Below are positions 10,275 to 20,100 of a stretch of 64,000 bases of DNA, one piece after another. Each line of letters starts with the position of its first letter. The stretch's first letter is position 1. The notes beneath the pieces are model-generated. The model was not told the origin of the DNA. It saw only the letters and a list, made by a program, of their open reading frames with translations, and ran no database searches. The position numbers and the translations under genes were made by a program. Origin of the DNA: Armatimonadota bacterium (GTDB lineage Bacteria > Armatimonadota > HRBIN16); contig OY781964.1 in the NCBI GenBank assembly GCA_963677485.1, forward strand, positions 3,232,001 to 3,296,000, written 5' to 3'.

Positions 10275-10422
10275 GGCGGATTTATAGTATACGGGATTCA
10301 TCTCACGCGAAGGCGCGAAAGGTTCACAACGCAAAGGCTCAAAGGACGCAGTGGACGCAGAGTTGAGCGATGGCAGGCCATCCGCATTGTCCGTGGTTCA
10401 GACTGACCCCCGCCTGATGCCG

Positions 10423-10473
10423 ACAACGCTACAAGCCCAGCTCCTTGCGAAGGAAGTCCGGGCGGTTGGTGGT
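10423..10473 (-). repeat. Orphan copy of the 3' end of the GDPD gene (direct repeat of 15921-15971)
   Basis: 47/51 nt identical by hand alignment; encodes TTNRPDFLRKELGL-stop exactly like the real gene end. Confidence 0.92.
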
Positions 10474-10666
10474 AGTCGATGCCTCGCCGAAATCTTTAAA
10501 AGCTATCCCCCCTCTGCGGCGTTATTAGATGTTTATATGTACACCAATTATAGAAAATAGGTAAATATACTACAAAACAGCTTATCATTATGCAACAATT
10601 CCATCACTTAAGGGTACAATCATGAAAATGCAGCGCTCTCATCAACTCACACCCTGAGGTCATGAA

Positions 10667-13600
10667 ATGAAACACCTTCGATGGACGGCCCACTTCACCG
10701 CACTACTGTGTTCACTATGTATATCACTCATCGCTTCGTGTATCCCCTGCTTCGCCCAGGGTGGCACCCTTGAAGTATGGGGCAGCCAACGACAGGTGCC
10801 CGGTGCATTGACCGGATTGACCAAGATATCTGCGGGATATTCCCATACGCTTGGGCTGAAGTCTGATGGCTCCATCGTTGCATGGGGGCTGAATATATTA
10901 GGCCAGTGCAATGTGCCGGCACCTAATCAAGATTTCGTGGACGTTGCAGCAGGTCGCGACCACTCCGCTGGGCTTAAGCGTGACGGCACTGTCGTCTGCT
11001 GGGGTGATAACAGTAGCGGGCTGTGCAACGTACCCTCTCCTAACCAGGACTTTATCGCACTCAGTGCTGGAGAGAGCTACTCCACTGGTTTAAAACGTGA
11101 CGGCTCTATTGTTATATGGGGACGCATAGACAGTTTGTCTGTGCCTGCGCCTAACGAGAACTTCATTGCGGTCACAGCAGGATCAGGCCACATCGTCGCT
11201 CTAAAGCGAGATGGATCCATAATAGCCTGGGGAAGTAACTATTACGGCCAGTGCAATGTACCTTCACCCAACCAGGATTTCACCGCCGTTGCGGCCGGAG
11301 AAAGGCACACCGTGGGACTGATGATCGATGGTTCGGTCGTCTGCTGGGGACGGAACGATAATGGCCAGTGTAATGTGCCGACACCCAATCAAGACTTCGT
11401 TGCCATCAGCGCTGGTGGCTACCACACCGTCGGGGTGAAGCGTGACGGCTCTGTAGTAGCCTGGGGTAGCAACGGAAATGGCGAGTGTAATGCGCCTGCA
11501 CCCAACCAGGATTTCATCGCCGTTGCAGCGGGAGAAAACTACACCGTGGGACTGAAGCGTGATGGCTCGGTCGTCTGCTGGGGCTACAACGGCTATGGCC
11601 AGTGCGGAGTACCTGCAACTAATCAGGACTTCACCTCCGTCTCAGCGGGAGAGACCTACACCATCGCACTCAAACGCGACGGCACCACAGTGGCTTGGGG
11701 TGTGGGTATGTATAACATAATTGGATTGCCATCCCCCAATCAAGACTTCATCGCAGTCTCCGCAGGATATCAACACGCGGCATGGTTGAAACGTGATGGC
11801 TCTGCAGTCTCATGGGCCAACGGGACTTACCTGACCGTGCCTCTACCCAACCAGGATTTCAAGGCGGTCGCAGCAGGATCTGGCTATGATATTGGTTTGA
11901 AGCAGGACGGTTCTATCGTCGCCTGGGGTGGTAATACCAGTGGTCAGTGCGATGTGCCTTCACCCAACCAGGATTTCATTGCCATCTCAGCGGGACAGGG
12001 CCACGCCTTGGGGCTCAAGCGGGATGGCAGCCTGGTAGCTTGGGGTATGAATGATTACGGACAATGCAATGTGCCTTCTCCCAACCAGGACTTTGTTGGT
12101 ATGGCAGCAGGATTCAGATTTACGGTAGGACTCAAACGGAACGGTTCCGTGGTCTGCTGGGGTCTAAACGACTATGGCCAGTGCAGTGTGCCTTCGCCTA
12201 ACCAGGACTTTACCACGGTTTCAGCAAAATACGACTATGTACTAGGACTGAAGCGAGACGGTTCTGTGGTCGCTTGGGGTAATAACAACGATGGCCAATG
12301 CAATTTACCTGAGCCGAACAGCGGGATCATAACCATCTCCGCTGGATATAGACATTCTGTGATTATTCGCGGTGTTCCTGTACCCACCATCTCCTCCTTC
12401 ACACCAGCCAGCGGCGAGGCGGGCGATAGCGTGACGATCACGGGCACGAATTTCACCGGTGCGACCGCCGTGGCATTGAATGGCAGCACCGCGGCCTACA
12501 CCGTCGTGAGTGCGACCTCCATCACCACCACAGTGCCTGTTGGTGCTACCACTGGCAAGATAGCGGTCACCACACCGGGAGGCACCGCCACGAGCGCGAG
12601 CGACTTCACAGTCTACCAGGCACCCACGATTAGCTCCTTCACGCCAGCTAGCGGCAAGGCAGGCGATGGCGTCACCATCACGGGAACAAACTTCACCGGC
12701 GCTACAGCCGTGACATTCAACGGCACCACGTCGGTCTACGCCGTCGTGAGTGCCACATCCATCTCCGCCACGGTGCCTGCAGGCGCGACGACAGGAAGGA
12801 TAGCAGTCACTACACCGGGAGGCACCGCCACGAGCCCGAGCGACTTCACGGTCAATCAGGCACCCACCATTTCCTCCTTCACTCCCACAGCCGGCAAGGC
12901 GGGGGATGGTGTCACGATCACTGGCACGAACTTCACCGGTGCCTCCGCGGTGACATTCAATGGCACCGCCGCGGTCTACACCGTAGTGAGCGCCACCTCC
13001 ATCACCGCCACGGTACCTGTTGGTGCTACCACCGGCAAGATTGCGGTCACCACGCCTGGCGGTATAGCCACCAGTGCGAGTGACTTCACCGTGTATCAAG
13101 CGCCCACCATTAGCTCGTTCACGCCTGAAAGCGGCAAGGCGGGCGATGGTGTCACCATCACGGGTACGAACTTCACAGGCGCCACAGCGGTAACTTTTAA
13201 CGGCACCACCGCGGTCTACACCGTGGTGAGCGCCACCTCCATCACCGCTACGGTGCCCGCAGGCGCGACCACCGGTAAGATAGCGGTTACTACACCGGGT
13301 GGCTCCGCCACCAGTGCGAGCGACTTCACGGTGTATCAAGCGCCAACGATCAGCTCCTTTACGCCAGCTAGCGGCAAGGCAGGCGATGGCGTCACCATCA
13401 CGGGAACAAACTTCACCGGCGCGACTGCCGTGACTTTCAACGGCAGCACCGCTGTCTACACTGTCGTGAGTGCCACCTCCATCACCGCTACGGTGCCCGC
13501 AGGCGCCACGACTGGCAGAATAGCGGTCACCACGCCTGGCGGCACAGCCACCAACGCGAGCGAATTCACAGTCTACCAGGCACCCACGATCTCCTCCTTC

Positions 13601-15421
13601 ACGCCTACAAGCGGCAAGGCAGGCGATGGCATTACCATCACTGGCACGAACTTCACCGGTGCCACTGCCGTGGCGTTTAACGGCAGCACCGCGGTCTACA
13701 CCGTAGTGAGCGCTACCTCCATCACAGCTACGGTGCCTTTAGGGGCGACGACCGGCAGGATAGCGGTTACCACGCCGGTCAGCACAGCAAACAGTGCCAT
13801 TGACTTCACGGTCACTACACCCATTATCAAGAGCGGAACCGTCGAATCATGGGGTATCCTGCGCATTCCGGCTGGTGAACTTAACGGCTTCAGCTCCGTG
13901 GATGCGGGTGATTACCACTCAGTCGGGCTCAAGTCTGATGGTTCTGTAGTCTGTTGGGGATACAACTACATAGGCCAATGTAATGTGCCGGCCCCTAACT
14001 CTAACTTCAGTGCTGTCACCGCAGGTTACGACCACACTGTGGGGCTAAAAAGCAACGGCTTAATAGTCTGTTGGGGAAACAATGACAAAGGTCAATGTAA
14101 CGTGCCATTGCCTAACCAGGACTTTACCGATGTATCAGCAGGGCTCTACCACAACATCGGTTTAAAGCGAGACGGATCAGTGGTTTGTTGGGGCGATCTT
14201 AATGCCCAACCGGAAGTGAACCAGGATTTTGTGGATGTCACAGCCGGCGAATACTTCAATGTGGGGTTGAAGCGTGACGGATCTGTGGTTTGCTGGGGAA
14301 ACCTGGCATATGGCATCGACAACATCCCGTTACCTAACAAAGATTTCATTGCCATCGCCGCGGGAGGCTACCATGCCTTAGGTCTTAAGCGTGATGGCAC
14401 AATAGTGTGCTGGGGATACAATGTGCAAAAACAGTGTGATATCCCAGGGCCTAACCAGGACTTCGTGGCGGTGGCGGCAGGCACTTACCATTCGATGGGA
14501 ATCAAGCGCGATGGAACGATTGTCAGTTGGGGCCGAAATGACACTGGTCAGTGCAACATTCAAAGTCCCAACCAGGATTTTGCCAGCATAGCAGGTGGGT
14601 TAGGGCACTCCATCGGTCTCAAACGAGATGGCTCCGTCGTCTGCTGGGGAGACAATCAAGTCAGCCAATGCAGCATGGCCTCTTCAAACAGCGATTTCGT
14701 CGCCGTGAAAGCCGGAGGGCAGCATGGAGTCGGGTTGAAATCCGATAGTTCCGTGGTCTGCTGGGGCTATAACTACTTTGGCCAATGCAACGTTCCCTTA
14801 CCGAATTCGGAATATACTGCCGCCGATGCTGAAGCTAACAACACGGTGCTGCTGAAGAGTGACGGATCTGTTCGTTGCTTGGGACGTATAAGCGATCCCT
14901 ACACTAATCAGGGCTTCACCGCCATCGCCGCAGGATCGCGTTGGTGGAGTGGGCTGAAAAGCGACGGATCGATAGAGGTGTATGGAGGCCCATTTGCACC
15001 TTCTGCTCCCTATAACTGGATGAACATCGACTTTGTGGCAATAGCCGGTGGGTATGATCAACTCATTGGACTAAAGAAGGACGGTTCTGTATTGTGCATG
15101 CAAGAGAATTATCAACCTTCAACACCTGAAAACAACCAAGACTTCGTGGCTGTGGCCTCAGGAGCTAGCCACTTTTTAGGGTTGAAGCGTGATGGCTCAG
15201 TGGTCTGTTGGGGACGTCAAAGTGCTGATGTCCTGACTATACCTGAACCCAATACAGGTTTTGTTGCCATCTCTGGTGGAGCAAATCACAGTATCGGTCT
15301 GAAGAGTGATGGTTCCGTGGTCTGCTGGGGCAAAAATGACTACGGCCAATGCAACATTCCTGAACCTAACAGTGGTTTCACGGCTATCTCGGCGGGAGAC
15401 AACTTCACCCTTGCAGTCTGA
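10667..15421 (+). CDS. Large secreted RCC1/BLIP-II-repeat + 6x IPT/TIG + RCC1-repeat surface protein, ending at a probable premature TGA
   Basis: Signal peptide; many GLKRDGSVVCWG-x-N-xx-GQCNVP repeats in two blocks, separated by six 80-aa PTISSFTP...GTNFTGA repeats. Confidence 0.92.
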   Translation: MKHLRWTAHFTALLCSLCISLIASCIPCFAQGGTLEVWGSQRQVPGALTGLTKISAGYSHTLGLKSDGSIVAWGLNILGQCNVPAPNQDFVDVAAGRDHSAGLKRDGTVVCWGDNSSGLCNVPSPNQDFIALSAGESYSTGLKRDGSIVIWGRIDSLSVPAPNENFIAVTAGSGHIVALKRDGSIIAWGSNYYGQCNVPSPNQDFTAVAAGERHTVGLMIDGSVVCWGRNDNGQCNVPTPNQDFVAISAGGYHTVGVKRDGSVVAWGSNGNGECNAPAPNQDFIAVAAGENYTVGLKRDGSVVCWGYNGYGQCGVPATNQDFTSVSAGETYTIALKRDGTTVAWGVGMYNIIGLPSPNQDFIAVSAGYQHAAWLKRDGSAVSWANGTYLTVPLPNQDFKAVAAGSGYDIGLKQDGSIVAWGGNTSGQCDVPSPNQDFIAISAGQGHALGLKRDGSLVAWGMNDYGQCNVPSPNQDFVGMAAGFRFTVGLKRNGSVVCWGLNDYGQCSVPSPNQDFTTVSAKYDYVLGLKRDGSVVAWGNNNDGQCNLPEPNSGIITISAGYRHSVIIRGVPVPTISSFTPASGEAGDSVTITGTNFTGATAVALNGSTAAYTVVSATSITTTVPVGATTGKIAVTTPGGTATSASDFTVYQAPTISSFTPASGKAGDGVTITGTNFTGATAVTFNGTTSVYAVVSATSISATVPAGATTGRIAVTTPGGTATSPSDFTVNQAPTISSFTPTAGKAGDGVTITGTNFTGASAVTFNGTAAVYTVVSATSITATVPVGATTGKIAVTTPGGIATSASDFTVYQAPTISSFTPESGKAGDGVTITGTNFTGATAVTFNGTTAVYTVVSATSITATVPAGATTGKIAVTTPGGSATSASDFTVYQAPTISSFTPASGKAGDGVTITGTNFTGATAVTFNGSTAVYTVVSATSITATVPAGATTGRIAVTTPGGTATNASEFTVYQAPTISSFTPTSGKAGDGITITGTNFTGATAVAFNGSTAVYTVVSATSITATVPLGATTGRIAVTTPVSTANSAIDFTVTTPIIKSGTVESWGILRIPAGELNGFSSVDAGDYHSVGLKSDGSVVCWGYNYIGQCNVPAPNSNFSAVTAGYDHTVGLKSNGLIVCWGNNDKGQCNVPLPNQDFTDVSAGLYHNIGLKRDGSVVCWGDLNAQPEVNQDFVDVTAGEYFNVGLKRDGSVVCWGNLAYGIDNIPLPNKDFIAIAAGGYHALGLKRDGTIVCWGYNVQKQCDIPGPNQDFVAVAAGTYHSMGIKRDGTIVSWGRNDTGQCNIQSPNQDFASIAGGLGHSIGLKRDGSVVCWGDNQVSQCSMASSNSDFVAVKAGGQHGVGLKSDSSVVCWGYNYFGQCNVPLPNSEYTAADAEANNTVLLKSDGSVRCLGRISDPYTNQGFTAIAAGSRWWSGLKSDGSIEVYGGPFAPSAPYNWMNIDFVAIAGGYDQLIGLKKDGSVLCMQENYQPSTPENNQDFVAVASGASHFLGLKRDGSVVCWGRQSADVLTIPEPNTGFVAISGGANHSIGLKSDGSVVCWGKNDYGQCNIPEPNSGFTAISAGDNFTLAV
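12381..13815 (+). repeat. Six tandem 240-bp IPT/TIG-encoding repeats
   Basis: Units begin at about 12381, 12621, 12861, 13101, 13341 and 13581; near-identical protein with many synonymous differences. Confidence 0.92.
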
Positions 15422-15847
15422 GGTGTTCAGCCGATTTCTGGGCAAGTGCAACTGGGTAGCTTCTACGGTAGTCTACCCGCGCAACAGCTTGCGGTGTCGG
15501 TCAGTAATCACCAAAATCCATCAATCACCCATTGCCTGAGCTTGCTGCCGCAGTCTGATGGCCGCTTCTCGCTATCTACCTACCTGCAGCCGCCGTATGA
15601 CCTTCGCGTGAGTAGCCCCCACTTCCTCACGGCAAAAGCGATGAATGTGGTCATTGGGCAAAACTCGAACTTCGCGTTAACCAATGGTGATGCGGATGGC
15701 GATAACCAGATCAACCTGTTCGACTTCGTGGTGCTCGATCAGCACTTTGGCTCATCAGACATGATGGCAGACCTGAACGGCGATGGGCAGGTGAACCTGT
15801 TCGACTACGTAGTCATCGACCAGAACTTCGGAGCACAGGGAGACTAA
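15422..15847 (+). pseudogene. Detached C-terminal Ig-like + dockerin-like (twin EF-hand) domain of the RCC1 protein
   Basis: Same frame as 10667..15421, immediately after the TGA. GDADGDNQINLFDF...DLNGDGQVNLFDY...NFGAQGD; no signal peptide or RBS of its own. Confidence 0.8.
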
Positions 15848-15859
15848 GGCAGGCCAGAC

Positions 15860-15888
15860 GATAGGGGCGAGTAGCCATTCGCCCCTAT
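15860..15888. terminator. Hairpin between convergent genes (terminator or REP)
   Basis: gataggggcga-gtagcca-ttcgcccctatc. Confidence 0.6.
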
Positions 15889-15926
15889 CAGTTGATTATG
15901 TTGGGCCTATCCCACCATCAACAACG

Positions 15927-16721
15927 CTACAGACCCAGCTCCTTGCGCAGGAAGTCTGGGCGGTTGGTGGTGATGCCCGCCACGCCAAATGAAGCCAGGC
16001 GCTTTGCTTCCGCGGCGTCATCCACCGTCCAAACATAAAGCTTCATGCCTGCGGCCTTGACTGCGTCTGCTAGGGTTTGGTCGACGCCGCCGAAGTGCAG
16101 GTCCAGACCATCCAGTTTTCGCTCTTTGGCCATCTCAATCAGCTTGGGCCCGTATGGGGTCGCCGGGTTGTTGGATGCCAGCCAGTAAGCCGGTATTTCG
16201 GGCATGACCTTTTTGCAGGCGGTCATGACGTCCAAGTTGAAGCCGATGATGCGCATCTGTTTGGCCTTTCGGCTTAGCTTGATCGCCTGTCGCAGGGCAG
16301 GCAGCACTTCGGCTCCGCATTTAATCTCGATGTAAAGCTTGCCGCCACGGGGCACTTCCTTTAATATCTCCTCAAAAAACGGAATACGCTCATTGGCGTA
16401 TTTCGCGCCTTTCCATGATCCGGCATCCAGCTCACGAAGCAACATCGAATTGGTTTTGCTGAACTCGAAGTTGACGCCGGTGGTCCTGGCTGTGCTGCCG
16501 TCGTGCATCACCATGATCCGGCCGTCGTTGGTCAGGTAGATATCCAGCTCCACAGCATCGGCCTTTTGCTTCCAGGCTAGTTTGTTGGAAGCCACTGTGT
16601 TTTCAGGCGCTTCATAGGATGAGCCGCGGTGGGCGATGATCTCCATCGGCTCGGATGCGGACCCAATCACCGGAAACAGTCCGATCAGCAATGCGGTGAG
16701 GAGCATTATAAGCAGGTTCAT
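15927..16721 (-). CDS. Secreted glycerophosphodiester phosphodiesterase (GDPD, GlpQ/UgpQ family)
   Basis: IAHRGSS, PENT, ELDI, MHD, IEIK, WTVD, GITTNRP motifs; signal peptide. Confidence 0.95.
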   Translation of the reverse strand: MNLLIMLLTALLIGLFPVIGSASEPMEIIAHRGSSYEAPENTVASNKLAWKQKADAVELDIYLTNDGRIMVMHDGSTARTTGVNFEFSKTNSMLLRELDAGSWKGAKYANERIPFFEEILKEVPRGGKLYIEIKCGAEVLPALRQAIKLSRKAKQMRIIGFNLDVMTACKKVMPEIPAYWLASNNPATPYGPKLIEMAKERKLDGLDLHFGGVDQTLADAVKAAGMKLYVWTVDDAAEAKRLASFGVAGITTNRPDFLRKELGL

Positions 16722-16889
16722 GTCAATCTCCTTTGAATATCACATATATCGATGCAACCGTAATATGCACCTTAAGCCTCATTATACACCTCATAAACGA
16801 AACTGCTCAACCATGAACGATATGAGGCGCGATGTTCCGTTGCCAGTGGATGCCAGGGCCGGTTAGCTCATATCTCACGGTGGCCTTCC

Positions 16890-17035
16890 GCGTCCGCCCG
16901 CCGGAACGCGGGCCGGTAATGATCAGCGACGGGTGACAGTGCCCGTACCGGGACGCAGTCACGGACGGGCCACCGAACCCGTCGCCAAGGGCCAGGGGCG
17001 TGGATCGCAGGTGGTCAGCCACCCTGTTGCGGGAG
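16890..17035. repeat. Diverged, rearranged member of repeat family A
   Basis: Shares tgatcagcgacgggtga and gggccaccgaacccgtcgccaag with 2209-2508; gggacgcagtc is the reverse complement of gactgcgtccc in family A. Confidence 0.7.
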
Positions 17036-17116
17036 TTGAGCATTACCTCCACACTCGCAATTCGCGCATAATCGGTCAAGATATAAGAGTGAGATCACTA
17101 CCTTGGGGGCACCATT

Positions 17117-20100
17117 TTGCGTAAACTACCGGCAATCCTAGTCATACTTCTTGCCTTTATGTGTATCAACACAGCTCATGCTCAGCAGATCATTCCGTTG
17201 CAGGCGGAGGGGATGCCGGCTTCATGGGTCTTTGGGAACGGCGGGGAGTTTCCGGGTGCCAAAGGCGGTCTGAAGCACGATAGCCGCACGGTGACCCTCG
17301 ACTACGACTTCACCGGCGGCGGAGCGTATGTCTGCGCGAACTACAACGGCATCACACCACCTCAGACCGAGTCATTCAGCATCTCCGTAAACCCAGAGCA
17401 GCGTTGCCACATGAGTTACCGTACCACAGACACCAATGGCCGCGTGTTTCAGGGGGCGACCAGCACACTGGAGGCCAACCAGCCGCAGACCATCACGATG
17501 CCATGCCGCGGGAGCTGGCAATCGGCCTGGGGCGGAGCGAAGCCAACCGATCAACCTGAACAGCCTTTTCAGATTCTGTGGATACTGGCTTACAACGAGC
17601 CAGGCATGTCCAAGACGGGCCGTGTGGTGTTGAGTGAGCTCAAGGCCATCAGCACGGCTGTGGAGCCAGTCGAGATGCTGGGAGCCAAGCGACCTACCTC
17701 ACCTTTCGGTAGTGCAAAGCTTGAGCTGTTGAAAGACAATTGGTGTGTATTCCCGAAGGAGCGTAAGCTTGGTCGCAACCGCGTGCTGATGGGATACAAC
17801 GAGCCCGGCGAGGCGGAGAACGACGCGCGTGACCTGCGCATCATCTCACCCCAAGGCGAGACCATCACCGGGATGTGGGGGCGGATTCAAGTGACCGGCG
17901 AACCTGAGTATGTCACACCGACGGACTTCCCGATCCAGTCACGCGAGCAGCAGGAGCACCTGATCTGGCAGTGGACACAACTCGACCAGCGGTTGGGATT
18001 CCAACAGATGGTTCATACGGATGTGAGCGAGGGTGGCGTGAACTCCACCATCTATGTGCGCTTTCTGAAGCCACACAAGGGCACCATCCGGATGCCGTTC
18101 GCGCTGCCGAATGGGCAGGTCGATATGCTGGCGGGTGCTGGGAGTGCTCAGAACCCGTATACCAAGGTGCTGTTTCCTTCGCAGGTCAGCCGTCTGGACT
18201 ATCAAGGGGTCGATGGGGTCATCAGCACGCATATCGTCTGCGCCAACCCGAGCGGAGTGAGCCTGAGCATCGAACCTAAGCTGTTTTCACATGTCTTCCG
18301 CAGGGAGCTTCGGATGGCGGTTCTGGAGCTGACGCCGCCAACGAACGGCGTGTTCCCCGCGGGATACGTAAACGCCGTGCAACTGAGGGTGGGCTATCCT
18401 GCGGAAACTCCGCTGCCGAAGCAGATCGCCGCGCCGAACTGGCCGGATCGCATCGATGTCGCCTTCATGGAGCGGGATAATGCCAAAGGCTGGACTCTGG
18501 CCCGCGTGAATCAGCCGCGTGTTTACACGCCCGGCGAAGTGAAGCAGCTGGGGGTTTCACTCTACCAGGCTGGTCAGAACACTCGGAAGCTCACATTGAA
18601 GGCTGAACTGCGGGACTACACCAACCGGCTGGTGTGGCATTCTGATGATGTGCTGTCGCTGATGGCACGGACGCCCACCCAGCGGGTTTTGAAGCTGCCG
18701 GTGAAAGCCAAGGGCATTTACAGCCTGAGTGTGAAGGTATTGGAAGCTGGCAGTGTGCATGGCGAAAGATTGTGCCGCATCGCCGTGGTGCCCAAACCAG
18801 CCGTCATCACCGCGGAGAAGAGTTACTTCGGCATCGACCCCGTGTTCTACGAGGGCTCTGACGAGAATATCCGCTTCCTGCGCAAGATCGGTGTGCGTTG
18901 GCTGAGACTGGGCGGCGGTGTATGGTATCCGGCTGAGGGCGACCGGGCGTTTCTGACCAAGCTGCGACAGTATGACATCGGCTCCTTCCTGCTCATCAAT
19001 AGCCCGGAGGAGGTCAGGCCCGCCAGTTACAATGACTTGATCGACTACTACGAAATCGGGAATGAGCCTGATGCCTGGATTACCCCCGAAGACTACGCGG
19101 GCCTCGCGGCCAGAGTGGCTGAGAAGATTCGTCAGGTCAACCCCAAAACCAAAATACTCGCCTGCTCCGTGTCTGGCGGTGACAGCGACGGCGGATTCGC
19201 GTTCACCAAGCGGTTGCTGGCAGCCGGCGGGGCGAAGTCATGCGAGATCATCCCGTTCCATCCCTATGCGGGCATACGCGCGTTCGGGCCTGAGCTGGAA
19301 CCGGTCAGCCCTGAAGATAACTCGATGTATGAGAAGTTGATGGAGGCCAGCCAGCTCACCAAGCAACAAAACCTCGAAATATGGCTGGGCGAGATCGGCT
19401 ACCTGATGGTCAATGGATACCGGCAGCCGCGGGCCAGCTTCCACGAATACGAGAAGAGCTTCGCCAACACCTTGACAAGGCTGATGCTGATCAGCCGCAC
19501 CAGCCCCGGGATGAAGCGGGTGATCTGGTTCCACCTGTGCTCCGATGACACCCCGCTGCGGCTGTATCCCACTTACCAGTCGACCTACGACAACCTGGGG
19601 CCCAACAACAATATCACTCCCAATCTGGCGGCCTATGCCAATCTGGCCAGCTTGACCGACGGCGGTCAGTTTGTCCGCAAACTGAAGCTCACCAACCCGA
19701 AACTCTGGGGCGTGCAGATCCGGCAGGGGACCCGCGACGTGCTCGCCTTGTGGAGCTCGAAAGGGCAGATCAAGCTCAACTGGCCCGGCAAAGAGGATAT
19801 CCACACCGTCTCGATGGTGGGGACAGATGGTCTGCTCAAACCGCAGCGCGGGCAGATGAACCTCACACTCAGCGAAGAGCCGGTCTACCTGCTTGTGCCC
19901 AGCAGCAAGGCCGCGGGATTGGTTAAGTCGATCGAATCAGCCACTCTGAGTGTGCTCAAACCCGTCGTCGCCGGTATGGCTAACGCCAAATCATCGGCCA
20001 ACCTGAAGCCGGATATTATCGCGACACGCGCCTCCAAACCGCCGGTCATCGATGGTGAGTTAGGTGAATGGGGCAATGCGAGTTCGGTGGTACTCGACCG

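Noticed and set aside
15419-15421. TGA as selenocysteine or alternative genetic code
   Set aside because: The equivalent position in the first RCC1 block is Arg, not Cys; only a weak hairpin follows; TGA is an ordinary stop for many other genes here (e.g. 2183, 37394, 45173).
10667-15421. Diversity-generating retroelement target
   Set aside because: Repeat variation is not adenine-specific, and no template repeat or RT is present.
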